A DNA stretch of 63,329 nt, the filler included, from Octopus bimaculoides (taxonomy: Eukaryota): assembly GCF_001194135.2 (NCBI RefSeq). It is 4 parts of 4 records of this genome, joined end to end, with 100 filler letters (N's around TTAATTAATTAA, not from the genome) between each part and the next. Parts side by side here need not be neighbours in the genome. Positions count along the whole stretch, not along the records: positions 1 to 29,390 come from NC_068984.1; positions 29,491 to 55,693 come from NC_068982.1; 2 more parts are not named here. One strand, written 5' to 3'. Under the pieces are notes generated by a model. The model worked only from the letters and a program-made list of their open reading frames with translations. It was not told the origin of the DNA and made no database searches. Made by a program: the position numbers and the translations under genes. Below are positions 22,976 through 34,655 of this stretch, in pieces (positions within the stretch are counted from its first letter, which is position 1; every line of letters starts with the position of its first letter).

Positions 22976-24444
22976 GTAGTATATGAGGGCACCAAAATGT
23001 TTTAAGTGCTTAGGGCATCTATGGGTCTTAATTTGGCCCTGTGAAACACCTACAAAGCTACTTCACCACCTGATGAAATATTACCTTCTGTATTTGGAGA
23101 CAACATACAATAGCACTATCAGTACACCAATTTTTACCTCAAGCATTTTGCAATTTGGTGCCAAAAGTGTCGTTATTTCTTGTAGTCTTCATTAAGTTTT
23201 ATTAGACTTTACTAGTTTGGAAGTTTTGAAGAGAGTGGAGTTACCCATTTGTTACTGCTGTCCCCTAAGTCTACTTTGCCCCTGCCAAAGGCCACGGTTA
23301 TGGATCAAAAAGCAGAAGATGGTCCTGTGGCTGAGACGAAATCAGAAACCACATGGTTGGGAAGCAAGATTTTAAATGCACAGCCAAATTTTAGTGTGTG
23401 GAATTAAAAAATTTCAATCCAGAAAATAATGGGACTAAATGTTCACAATGATAATTCAAGGTTGGGTGGGGGAATATGAAAATGATAAAATATTGGGATT
23501 TCTCATTTATCTTATACTGACATTTTGACATTTCTATATGCAAAATTTGCTGTATCTTGGGAGGGTCATTATGTTAATAATACGCACATTCACTGATTCT
23601 ATTTCACTTCATTTTTTATTTGTCAGTTGGTTAATCATCTATCCAACTAACTTAAAGATTGATTGATTAATTGTTCAGTTCATCAATCAGCTGGGTTTGT
23701 CAGAGTCCCTTCACTGCTGTCCATAACCTCATTAGTGGCATACTCTCTCTCTGTTTCTCTCTCTGGTCTAATGATCATAAAAAGAAGTAGAATAAAACCA
23801 GTGCATGTGTTTATTATTAGCATAATGACCCTCCCAAGATAAACCAAACTCTATTTCAACCACATGAGTTTACATCAAGAGTCTTGCAAACCAAATAGAA
23901 AAATGAAATATGAAATTCATTTTATTTTAAGACAAAAAAAAAATTTATCTTTGCACTCATGAACATAAGGGTTTTTTTTTTTTCTATATTCTTCATTAGT
24001 AGAACAGTGTTGGAAAAATAAGGATAAAAATTTGTAAAAAAAAACCCCAAAAAATGAAGGAATATATTCTTCACATATTCAGAAAAGAAATAGTATTGGA
24101 AAGAGTAAAAGATAGCTCTCTGATTAATAGCATAAGAATAAAGAATATTTTATAGCAAATATTTTTTTCTGGTTCTTTTTTTTATTTTTTTTTTATTACA
24201 TATTCTAAATATTTTCTATAGCTATACCTTCTGCAAGACTGTATGTAAATGTGCATGTATGATGTTTTGGTTTGAGAAATTGCATGTTGTATAACAATAA
24301 TTGAAGTTCCCAACAAAAAATTCAAAGTAAATGTAATACTGTCTTTCTCAAATAGAAATACATATAAATAAATATGTTGTTCTATTTTGGCATTCAGCAG
24401 TTTTTTTTTTTCTATTTTTTACAAACCACATACAGTTGCTACTT

Positions 24445-24625
24445 ATATGTCATCATCATCATCATCATCATACGACCACTTTTCCATGCTTGCATGGGTC
24501 AGATGGAATTTGTGAGGCAGATTTTCTTTGGTCGGATACCCTCCCTGTCACCAACCCACACCACCTATTTCCAAGCTAGGTAATATTTCCTCATGACCAG
24601 GCATATTTTGGGTTGTAAACAAGTA
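24445..24625 (-). mobile_element. SINE family C-like 3' fragment
   Basis: (ATC)n then ttttccatgcttgcatgggtcagatggaatttg, same subtype as 18270. Confidence 0.7.
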
Positions 24626-24639
24626 TCACTGTCATATAA

Positions 24640-24830
24640 GCAGTGTTGTTCATTTCCAGACTTCCATGATGTGAAGTCAAGAGTACACACACACAGGCTT
24701 TTTCTAATATCTACCAAACCCAATCACAAGAGTTTGCTTGACCCGGGGCTGTAATGAAGACACTTGCCCAAGGAGTCACACAGTGTGATTAGACCCAGAA
24801 ACAGGCTTCTGAATTACACAGCTGTACTTT
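24640..24830 (-). mobile_element. SINE family A, 5' half, diverged
   Basis: ctaccaaacccaatcacaag...gaagacacttgcccaagg match the reverse-complement head. Confidence 0.65.
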
Positions 24831-25864
24831 AAACTTTAAACTGCACGACGAGTAATCAATATTTAGAATCTCATTTGTATTATTTCTGTTCATGTATTGT
24901 AATTGTATCCTTCGTTAAGAGATCTGGGTTTGAATGTTATGCAGAGTATTTGGAGAAAGCAAAACAAACCAAGAGAGATTGTTTATAAGATATTAGCTTA
25001 CATATATTTCATTAACATAGGGTGATTATTAGTTATATGATGCAAATTACATAATCAAAATTTAATGTCAAATCATCAGAGAAGTGTAACACTGATATGT
25101 AACATTGCTGGATTGGAAAGATGACAGAATTCACAATGGTGGAGATGGTTGGCCTGGAATTGGTAGCCATCTCTGTTATGATGAATCCTATCATCCTTTA
25201 AATCAAATGTTACAAATAAAAGTCACTCATCTCTGATGATTTGACATTAGTTATATAATGCATATTACATTATCAAGACTTAATCACCTTATGTTAATGA
25301 AATGACTGTAAGATGGTGTAGCTAAATGTCTTATAAGTAATAACATTTTTCTTTTCTATATGTGTAGGTGTACATGCCTGTATATATGTATGTGTGTATA
25401 TGTTAAAGTTAAACCTTCTGTCCATCTGGGATTGAAAATACTAGTTTCTCAAACATACTAATCATAGATTCAACTATTCATGATATTGATTCTAAACTTA
25501 GTAATGTTTGTTATTTATGATAACCATATTCATCTTATTCTTGAAATATTAGATTTCAGTTAATTATTTTAATAAGATGTTTTTGTTATCAAATTAAACA
25601 TCTAGAAATATAAATTGTTTGCATCACTTTCACCGATGATGATTTAACTTGCTTCAATCCTGCTACAATGGAAAACTTTTCGTCCTTCAGTTTTATTTTT
25701 ATTTATTTATTTATTTATGTGTTTCAGCCAAGTGGCTGCGGTCATGCTGGTGCACCACCGTTAATTGTTAATGTTTGATATAGAAATCTACCTCATGAGG
25801 TATTTCACCACTTGATTGTAATCATGCTCACACAACATATTTGACTTTATTTCAATCGTATATT

Positions 25865-26195
25865 CGGAGACTCCCTTCGGTCATGAATGACCATGGGATT
25901 GCACCTAGAAAGTTCCCTCACCAAGGCACAAGTCCAGGCAAGGTTGTTTATGGAAGACCAGCAGTCATCCATGCATACAAGCCTCCCCTCTCCATGCCAC
26001 CGATGTTATCCAAGGGAAAGGCAAAGGGGCCGATACAGCTTGGCACCAGTGACATCGCAACTCATTTCTACAGGTGAGTGAACTGGTGCAACATGAAATA
26101 GTGTCTTGCTCAAGAACACAACTCACAGCCTGGTCTGGGAATTGAACTCATTACCTCATGATTGTGAACCTGATACTCTAACCTCTGAGCCATGG
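25865..26195 (-). mobile_element. tRNA-derived SINE, family E
   Basis: Reverse-complement head (ggctcagaggttagagtatc...gagttcaattcccagacc), a gtgttcttgagcaagacact core of the kind found in CORE/V/Deu-type SINEs, and a tail ending ...gaccgaagggagtctcc. Confidence 0.7.
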
Positions 26196-26789
26196 AAACA
26201 TAATTAGCTATCACCCACTTCTGTATACAACAGGTGGGAGGTAAAGACAAAAACCCCTTACTAATGTTTATCAGTGTGAATTATACTTCCTATCAGATTG
26301 CAATCATATCTCTGTAAGAATGTTCTAAGGAAGAAGAGAGAGAAAGAGACCTTTTGACTGAACTTAGTCATACTGGCTTTATTAGAAGAGTATTTTAATT
26401 ATCAAATTGAAAGATAATTAAGAAATTTTAAGGTGAGTCCTGAGGTGGATACAGATAGAAACAAACTTCTGTGCCAGTTTGCATCTCCCATGTGATCTTT
26501 GCCCCTTTTTTTTTCATTCAAGGGCTTTTTTTTAACCCTGTATATTACATGCTTTTAATCACTGCACTCACTCTGAGAATCCTCCTTGAAAGTTTATTTC
26601 GCATCTTCTCAGAGTTTCTACAATTTCATGAGTTAATCCTTTTATTGCCATATTTCTGCTTTTGTTTCTGTTGATTTAGAAAATTATGCAGAATTTGGTA
26701 GAATAAATTTCTCATTAATAAGCTGCTGTTTGGAATAAATTAACATGAAATTTTGATGGAAAGTGTTAATTTAATATATATTTACTCTC

Positions 26790-27200
26790 TCTTTACTCTT
26801 TTACTTGTTTCAGTCATTTGACTGTGGCCATGCCGGAGCACCACCTTTAGTCGAGCAAATCGACCCCAGGACTTATTCTTTGGAAGCCTAGTACTTATTC
26901 TATCGGTCTCTTTTGACGAACCACTAAGTTACGGGGTCTCTTTTGACGAACCACTAAGTTACGGGGACGTAAACACACCAGCATCGGTTGTCAAGCGATG
27001 TTGGGGGGACAAACACACACACACACATATATATATATACACATATATATATATACACATATATACGACAGGCTTCTTTCAGTTTCCATCTACCAAATTC
27101 ACTCACAAGGCTTTGGTCGGCCCAAGGTGCCACGCAGTGGGACTGAACCCGGAACCATGTGGTTGGTAAGCAAGCTACTTACCACACAGCCACTCCTGCA
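26790..27200 (-). mobile_element. SINE family A, near full length, with internal ~31-bp tandem duplication (~26905-26967)
   Basis: Close match to family A; gtctcttttgacgaaccactaagttacgggg occurs twice in tandem. Confidence 0.9.
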
Positions 27201-27839
27201 CCTATATTATATAAATATATATTTGTATCATATATAAATATTTAAAACAGGAAGTTGGTATTGCACACCTAGCGGTGTACTCAAGAGGTTTGGTATCCAA
27301 AGGGTTAATAATATTGTTTTATATCTGGTGTTTCCAGATTCAGTAGACGAGCCTTGTTTAAGTTACTACATAGTGGGACTGAACCTGGAACCATATGATA
27401 GGAAAGCCAGCATCTTAACTATGCAGCCACATCTGTACCTAAATAATTATAGGAAATGAAAACGTAGCTGATATGGAGAATATTAATATTTGTTAGTGAA
27501 ATATTCCATGTTTATAAAGAACGGTATTCTAACTTCTCTAAGGATAGCCGCTGAAATAATTGAATGCTGATTGCAATATTGGAAAATACTAGAATGAATT
27601 CTTGCTTCTGTCAAAATACCTTTCATAAAGATAAATACAGTCTCTTCTGTGTAGTTGTATAGCCATAGTGATTCTCATGCAATTAACCAAAGTCATATGG
27701 TAGATGATAAAATATGAGATTTCAATGTATTATTAATAGAAATGTGTTGTGGCAAGACACCAGTATACGTCAGCAAATAATTTGCTTGCTGATTTCTATG
27801 AACAAGATCCTTGATAGATTCATTGTTTTGGTAGTGTTG

Positions 27840-27890
27840 CTTTGGCTGAAGAGACACCCAATAAGGTTGAAACATCATGGTATCTCAAGG
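27840..27890 (+). ncRNA. Hammerhead ribozyme motif, probably degenerate (upstream copy of tandem pair)
   Basis: CUUUGG CUGAAGA GAC ACCCAAUAAG GUU GAAA C AUCAU G [GUA] UC UCAAGG. Same core and stems as 28172-28221, with a 3-nt insertion before the cleavage site. Confidence 0.55.
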
Positions 27891-28171
27891 TTTCCTTACA
27901 TTAAATTGCATGTTTTATTAACACACATTGTCTAAAGAGATGAGATGATCATCACTGGGGAAAAAGCAACAGTGAACAACATATTCACATTCAAATCTGT
28001 TAGAATTTATTAAGAATGAACAGATGTGTTGTTGTTTCAATTCTTACTGTTCTCTATGCACCCCGTGAGTTACTATGTTTGGCAGACATCAGGACACATC
28101 AGCAAATAATTTGTTGGCTGATTTCTATAAACAAGGTTCTGTACTCTTGTAAGATTCATTGGTCCAGAGTA

Positions 28172-28221
28172 GTTTTGACTGACGAGACATACAATGAGGT
28201 TGAAACATCATGTCTTAAAGT
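28172..28221 (+). ncRNA. Type I hammerhead ribozyme motif (downstream copy of tandem pair)
   Basis: GUUUUGA CUGACGA GAC AUACAAUGAG GUU GAAA C AUCAU G UC UUAAAGU. 7-bp stem I with wobbles, intact core, stem II GAC/GUU, short stem III, GUC triplet. Confidence 0.72.
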
Positions 28222-29161
28222 CCTCTTATAGTGTATCGTGTGTGTTAGGAAGATGCTTTGTCTAAAGTGATGGCAAAATAGTAAAATCAAATATTTTCGT
28301 TGATATATAAATAATAGCCGGACAAAATTGTTTCAGTTTCTTTTTGTGTTTGTATCCATCTTTCATATTCTTCAGTTACTCAATTTTAAATAGATTCTTA
28401 CATTCTGACAATGCCTTTCACAATCTTTGAATTACTCATGGTAAGAACTAGGGTCATGCTGTTATCAAATATTTTAATTGGGTCAGTTACAGGTTAATGA
28501 AGCTAATTATGGAAGCAACAAAATATTGTCCATTCACTGTTTGATTCAAAGCTATCTTTCTACGATGAAGATTTATTTATTGAAGAAATTTCCTACACAA
28601 CAAGATAGAATTACAAATGAGTCTGAACTTTGATGGTCTATAATTCATTGAAATGTGAAAAACAAGCTGAAAACATACCATTCCTGTGACATCTGTTGTT
28701 TGTAAACATTAATTACTGACTACTGTCATTTTGATTCTTCATGAAAAATGGAATCTTCCAGAACCACTTTATTCCTATTAAATCAAAAGTTCAATTTTTA
28801 GTTTTTCATTTCTTCAAAGTCTTTTTTTACTAGATATCGGAAAAAAAGAATCTTAATGAATAATTGAAATGACTTTATTTGTATATGCAATTAACCAGTC
28901 AATCGTACATCGATCTTATTTTAAACAATGTAATATTTGGGAAAGTTATGCAATTAACCAATCTATGCAATTATCCAGTAAACAATTAAGCATGTTCAAC
29001 TGTTCTGTATATTTGTGTTAAAATTTAATGTTCTCTTCCGATTGCATGTAATTCTACAATTTGTGGTGTTATAAAACTCTATAACTTTCTATAATGTTAT
29101 ATAAAACTACAACATTTTATAGTGCTATATATATATATATATAATGTCATATATGAAATTT

Positions 29162-29380
29162 GAAGGTGGCACGCTGGCAGAATCATTAGAATGCCAGGCA
29201 AACTGCATGGCAGCATTTTGTTTGTCTTTACGTTCAGAGTTCAAATTCCAGTGAGGTCAACATTGCCTTTCATCCTTTCAGAGATCAATAAAATAAAGTA
29301 GCATTTGAATACTGGGGGTCAATGATACTGACTAGCTCTCTCCCCCGAAATTGCTGGCCTTGGTCCAAAATTTGAAACCA
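29162..29380 (+). mobile_element. SINE family B
   Basis: ctggcagaatcattag...gagttcaaattcc...cctttcatcctttc...actggggg tcaat...gaaattgctggccttg. Confidence 0.82.
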
Positions 29381-29390
29381 TTACATGCTA

Positions 29391-29490
29391 NNNNNNNNNN
29401 NNNNNNNNNNNNNNNNNNNNNNNNNNNNNNNNNNTTAATTAATTAANNNNNNNNNNNNNNNNNNNNNNNNNNNNNNNNNNNNNNNNNNNN
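29391..29490. other. Artificial 100-bp scaffold join: 44 N + TTAATTAATTAA + 44 N
   Basis: Identical structure at 55694-55793 and 61910-62009. The 12-mer is palindromic and has stops in all six frames. Confidence 0.93.
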
Positions 29491-29534
<44 letters not shown>

Positions 29535-29759
29535 GCCTGCATCTAAGATTTTACGTATACACCATATATATCTACAATTTAAGTATTGAATATTATTTTT
29601 ATCACAAAGAAAACCTTCAGGAAAACCTTTTAACTAGAGTCATTTTAATCATGCAATAGTATTTTATATAGAAATGTGTCAGCTCTGTTTGTTCAAGATA
29701 TTCGGTTGAATGTTCTCTGTATCAAGGTAACTGGAAGCATTGAGGCATAGCTTTTGATT

Positions 29760-30245
29760 AAGTTTTACGAGCATATAAAATGGGTCGTGCACTAATTCGA
29801 AATTTGGTATCGATATAATAGCAGAGTTCTAGAAACAGTTCTCTCTGGCAGTGAGACATAGAAGAACACAGTGAAAATTGATAGAACGTTAGATGTGCTC
29901 CACCAAAGATACTTGAGAAGTATTTTGAGAATGTACTGCCATGACCATGTAACAAATGAAGATATCCTAAAGAGAGTCGATAAGAAACCACATAGCGAAA
30001 TCATCACAGAACGAAGATTAGAAGCAGCAGGCCATATGCTTCAACTAGCAGAACAATGCCATTCTTAAACAACGTTTAGATGGAGGTCACCGGAGGGAGA
30101 AAGAGAAGACCAATAACTACGTAGTACACGTTATTCATAATCGACCTGAGAATGGTTGATATCGCATGGCGGGATGCTGAGAAAACCGCAACCAACACAA
30201 ACTGGTGACGTCAGTTCGCTGCCCAATGTGAGCACTGGAAGATCT
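29760..30245 (+). mobile_element. RTE-clade LINE 3' fragment
   Basis: GSET..VKIDRTLDVLHQRYLRSILRMYCHDHVTNEDILKRV...SEIITERRLEAAGHMLQL matches the RTE post-RT consensus (LYGSETW...LDVFHQRCLRRIL.I.W.DHVTNEEVL.R...ERRLR..GHVLR). Confidence 0.8.
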
Positions 30246-30746
30246 GATAGTAGCAATGAGAATCGAGTCATCAACGGACTGCATGGTGAAATGGCTTAAC
30301 ATCAACAGATCTAGATTCCAATGTAGTCTATATATTCTCAGCATGCTATTTCTAAATCACAATATTGACAGCTGACAAGCAAATTATCAGGTTATGGCCA
30401 TTTTATTGATAACTCTGTTTCTTAAAAATAGGTATGCTAATACATGAAAATATAAATTTTTGTGTTTACTTGTATACTTGTGGGTGAGAATTAGATTTAG
30501 TCACAAACTATCTATATCTTAATCAATCATATGTCTTTGATTTTCGTGTTCCAGGCAACGTGTAGGAAGAAGTACAATTAAATTTATACGTTGTATAGAT
30601 GTCTACGTGCTTATCCGTGCGTCGGTGCACACCAGTGGCATATAAATTAGAAAATATATAAGTTGATACATCACACGTCTCATAAATATTTTCCTATCAA
30701 TTGCAAAACACACGTTTTATACATACACAAGATACACAGGCATACA

Positions 30747-30800
<54 letters not shown>

Positions 30801-30944
30801 GAGAGAGAGAGAGAGATAAAACACACACACACACATACCATACATACATGTATAATTACGATATATGATACGTATATGTACCTATAATGTATATAAATGT
30901 GTATGGAGAATTGTATATACGTATATAGACAAAAACAAACCCAT

Positions 30945-31225
30945 ACGAAGGTAAGTTTGAAAAGATTGCAACCAGGTCGTAAAGGGTTCGAATGGTGTCA
31001 CAACTGAAGGCTTCAGATTTCATTACGTTTGGTCGACATTATGCTTGTAATACATCTCTGCTACAAACGCTACAAACTGTGTGGCGATGATTCTATCGTG
31101 TCTGTGACATGTTCGACAAGTGAGGCGATATTTTAGACTTGTAAATTCATTTGGACGAACAACAGAATTCTTGTCGTTGAAACTGTCAGAGATCCACCAA
31201 CAGACGCACAGACGCACACATACAC
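30945..31225 (+). mobile_element. Possible mariner-like left end
   Basis: Begins TACGAAGGTAAGTTTGAAAAG, similar to mariner TIR starts (TACGAGGG...). CpG-rich non-coding sequence; no transposase motif seen. Confidence 0.3.
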
Positions 31226-31284
31226 GCATGCGCACACATTTTGGCACTCAGTCAGACAGGCAAACAGAAAGATGGAGAGAGAGA

Positions 31285-32190
31285 TAAATAGATAGATAAA
31301 TGGATAGATAAATGGATAGATAGATGGATAGATGGATGGATAGATAGATAACTTTCTTTATTGGCCACACAGGGCTGAGCACAGAGGGAACAAATACAAA
31401 TGTAGAGCTTTTCTTTTCGAAACTGAAAAAGAAAGATGGGGTGGGAAATAAGAAAAAACGTAAAATACCGATCAAAAGGGATCGGAGAAAAAGAAAAGGA
31501 TAAAAAGGGATCGTGTATCACAGAAGAATGTTAAAAATGTAAAAAGTAAGATTAGGTTTATCCGTGGAAAGAAAAGCTTACGGAAAAGACCACGGTAACC
31601 TCAGGCAGGGAGGGAATAAGCACATGAGAGCAAAGTGCTTTCTCTTTCTCTTTTTTCGATTTACAGGAACATGCTCAAAGTGGTTTCGTCACTGGTACGC
31701 ACCATCTTTGCTACATTCACCCACCTTTTGTTTTTAACTTTCAAGAGAGAAAACCTACCTCTCCATTCTCACCTTCCTTTTCAAGTGGTACTTGAAAAAG
31801 TTGACGAGCGATTCGCCAGAGAAGTAAGTGTTTGCGTCTAATCCTTTCGCTCGTGTCCACTACACACATTCTTTCACCATGGCCACCAGTACGATGAAGA
31901 CTGCCTTGCCTTCCCGGTTGAGGGAAGGTGGTGGAGTAATTGACACGATAGATTCGGCCGACAGTCGGACTCATCCAACACGTGACAGCAGCCGTTCGGC
32001 ATAAGCCGACAGGTTAGAAATGGTTGGACACTGCAAGAGTCCGTGCAGAACGGTTTCGTCGCTCTGACCGCATCTCGGGCAAGTCGGTCCGGTGTGTCTT
32101 GAACCGTGCTTGTGGAACTTATTTTGGGTGTCCCTGTAAATACTAGTAGACACAAGCATTGGGTCATTCTGCACTTGACACAGCGCACCA
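31285..32190 (-). mobile_element. L1/Tx1-clade LINE 3' end (zinc-knuckle region, 3' UTR, (TATC)n tail)
   Basis: CPRCGQSDETVLHGLLQC (CX2C..H..C) followed by a hydrophobic C-terminal segment (GKAVFIVLVAMVKECVWWTR...FFKYHLKRK). AATAAA on the minus strand at 31357-31362 lies just before the TATC repeat. Confidence 0.8.
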
Positions 32191-32386
32191 GCTATATTCT
32201 GACTGCTTACGAGAGATTTTGTTGCACAAGTACTGGGCTCATGTTTATTTCATAGTTTCTAAGAGGACAGGCATGGGTACCCACAGTGGTATTTCAACTC
32301 ATAAAAGAGAGCATTTATTATAATGCACATCAGCGAATAATTCAATGACACTAGCAACTGAGTCATGCAGTATACAGACCCACGCT

Positions 32387-32545
32387 CATACACAATTGAA
32401 GGAACTTACTCTGATTCCAGTAAATATCCAAGACAAGTGAAAGCATAAGCTGATTAGTCATAAAATATGGCGAGTGAAAGTATATGTATCACAATATCGC
32501 TGCAGAATTGAACGAATAGTTTAAAATTTCTACTTAACAACAGAT
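32387..32545. repeat. Dispersed repeat homologous to 34222-34380
   Basis: ttgaagg...agtaaatat..aagacaag.gaaagcataagc.gattagt.at..aat.tggcga.tgaaagta...aaaatttctact shared. Confidence 0.85.
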
Positions 32546-32806
32546 TCCAGTGAATTGAAGAGAAGAATTAAGCTGAGTTTAGATATTTCTCGGAAATCAA
32601 TGTAAATCATTCGTGTGCTCTTTTCGAATTCTATAAGGGTGTATGTCCGTTTTAAAATCAAATATGTAATAAACATTGTAATCAATATTCTATGTTTTGG
32701 GCACACGAGTCACTATAAAATAACATTATTCAGAAAACAGTATGGATGCACAAAATCACTTGAGTTATCAACGAAAAGATTGTCTCACGTTATACATGTA
32801 CATATA

Positions 32807-33578
32807 TAGGAGGTGGTATCAAAAGGTTCGCGGACTAGTTATGTTTAATAAAAAAATAAACTATTTACCTAAGTTTTCACATCATCTGCTTCGAAATAGC
32901 CACCTTGCGCAGTAATACACCGGTCCCAACTTGCCCGCCATTTTTGGAATCCGGCCTGAAAGTCGTTTTCTATAAGCGAGACTTGGGCCTGCTTCGATTT
33001 TTCTGTGGATGTCGACAACGGTGTTAAAACGGCAACCTCTGGCCTGCATTTTCATCTTGAGGAAGAAACAAAAGTCCACAGCTGCTAAATCTGGTGAATA
33101 GGGTGGGTGACGAGAAACTCACGAGTAAAGAGACCTCGGTGACACACTGCATGTTCGTTGTGAAGAATCCAATTCTTTGTGAGGAATTCATTCATCCGGT
33201 CGCTGTCACTGAATATCCTCTCACAAATGTTTGAAAACGTTTGATGGTCTGGCCTTGGAGAACGAATTCTCGATGTATAATTCCAAATTTCTGGGGGCAA
33301 CACTTGTGGGAGGACTTCCAGATCGTTCATCATCTTCCAGGCAACTTCTTCCGCTTTTAAAGCGGCCGTGTCACGTGAAACATTGCGTACGACATATTGC
33401 CTAGACGCCGTAAGCTAGCCGAACCAGGCTCAATGTCTCAGTAGCAGACTTCCCAAGTTTAATTCAAAATTTCCCGTTATACCTTTGTTCCTGTTCATGA
33501 CAAAATCGCGGACTAGAGCATCATGATCGGAAAATCCCAATTTCATAACTTGCGAAGTCAACACAGTGATGTCACTTG
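32807..33578 (-). mobile_element. Mariner-type transposon relic (3' part of transposase plus terminal inverted repeat), cut by a gap
   Basis: Minus-strand NWILHNEHAVCH (HDNA motif), HPPYSPDLAAVDFCFFLKMK and a C-terminal RF.TV..I motif. TA plus a TIR-like GGAGGTGGTATCAAAAGGTTCGCGGACT at 32807. Confidence 0.88.
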
Positions 33579-34106
33579 NNNNNNNNNNNNNNNNNNNNNN
33601 NNNNNNNNNNNNNNNNNNNNNNNNNNNNNNNNNNNNNNNNNNNNNNNNNNNNNNNNNNNNNNNNNNNNNNNNNNNNNNNNNNNNNNNNNNNNNNNNNNNN
33701 NNNNNNNNNNNNNNNNNNNNNNNNNNNNNNNNNNNNNNNNNNNNNNNNNNNNNNNNNNNNNNNNNNNNNNNNNNNNNNNNNNNNNNNNNNNNNNNNNNNN
33801 NNNNNNNNNNNNNNNNNNNNNNNNNNNNNNNNNNNNNNNNNNNNNNNNNNNNNNNNNNNNNNNNNNNNNNNNNNNNNNNNNNNNNNNNNNNNNNNNNNNN
33901 NNNNNNNNNNNNNNNNNNNNNNNNNNNNNNNNNNNNNNTGACAAGTAATATTTGAAGCTACTTTAACGTGGCTGTCGTTCCGAGCGGAATCTACTGCAAT
34001 TTTTAACCCCAAGTGGACACCTCCTCTAGATGGTTAACGATGCACGGCTGCATCCGATAAAACTGAGGGCAGGGTAGCGAACCCCTACCATCTCCTAGCC
34101 ACTAGA

Positions 34107-34157
34107 CCAGTAGACCAGCTTTGGTTTCAGGATATTTCTGCCATTCCTCAGTACTAG
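34107..34157 (-). ncRNA. Type I hammerhead ribozyme motif
   Basis: Minus strand: CUAGUA CUGAGGA AUGGCAGAAAUAUCCU GAAA CCA AAGC UGG UC UACUGG. 6-bp stem I, intact core, 4-bp stem III with tetraloop, GUC triplet. Stem II is imperfect (A-U, bulged U, GG/CC). Confidence 0.68.
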
Positions 34158-34655
34158 ATATCTCGTCTGCTAGAGATTATAGCCACTCTCTTCTGCACGC
34201 AATATGAATATTTCAAGCGAAGATACAGTTGAAGGCCCTTTCTCTGCTTCTAGTAAATATTGAAGACAAGCGAAAGCATAAGCCGATTAGTAATATAATG
34301 TGGCGACTGAAAGTACATATGTTACAGTATCTTCTCAGAATGAAACGAAAAGTATAAAATTTCTACTGAACAGCGGACATCTTGTCGGAATTTAAGAGTA
34401 GACCATCCGACAATTAATAAACTGTTAACATCTGGTTTACGTTTGGCTGACGTTGAATTACTGTAACATGTGTTATCTCACTTGTGTTTAACGTTTTTAC
34501 AAGCGTCTCTTGTTTAAACGTTATCTCCTCAAATAATCAACCGACAAACGATTTTGCTTTCAGCTTAATAAAAGGAGGGATAAATTATCATTTCGACCAT
34601 GATACCCGAGGTAGCTATTTACAAGATGTTTTTTTTAAATTATATNNNNNNNNNN

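Larger units (their letters stand above)
27748..28272 (+). repeat. Diverged direct duplication, period ~330 bp
   Basis: tcagcaaataatttg...gctgatttctat.aacaag, gattcattg, ggttgaaacatcatg and ttgtctaaag.gatg each occur twice, ~330 nt apart. Confidence 0.88.

Noticed and set aside
29435-29446. Recurrent TTAATTAATTAA motif (also 55738, 61954)
   Set aside because: Always centred in exactly 44+44 N; a synthetic six-frame-stop spacer, not biology.
32280-32340. Hammerhead-like CUGAUG...GAAAUACC on the minus strand
   Set aside because: Core reads CUGAUGU, and no UH cleavage site follows stem III; at most a dead relic.
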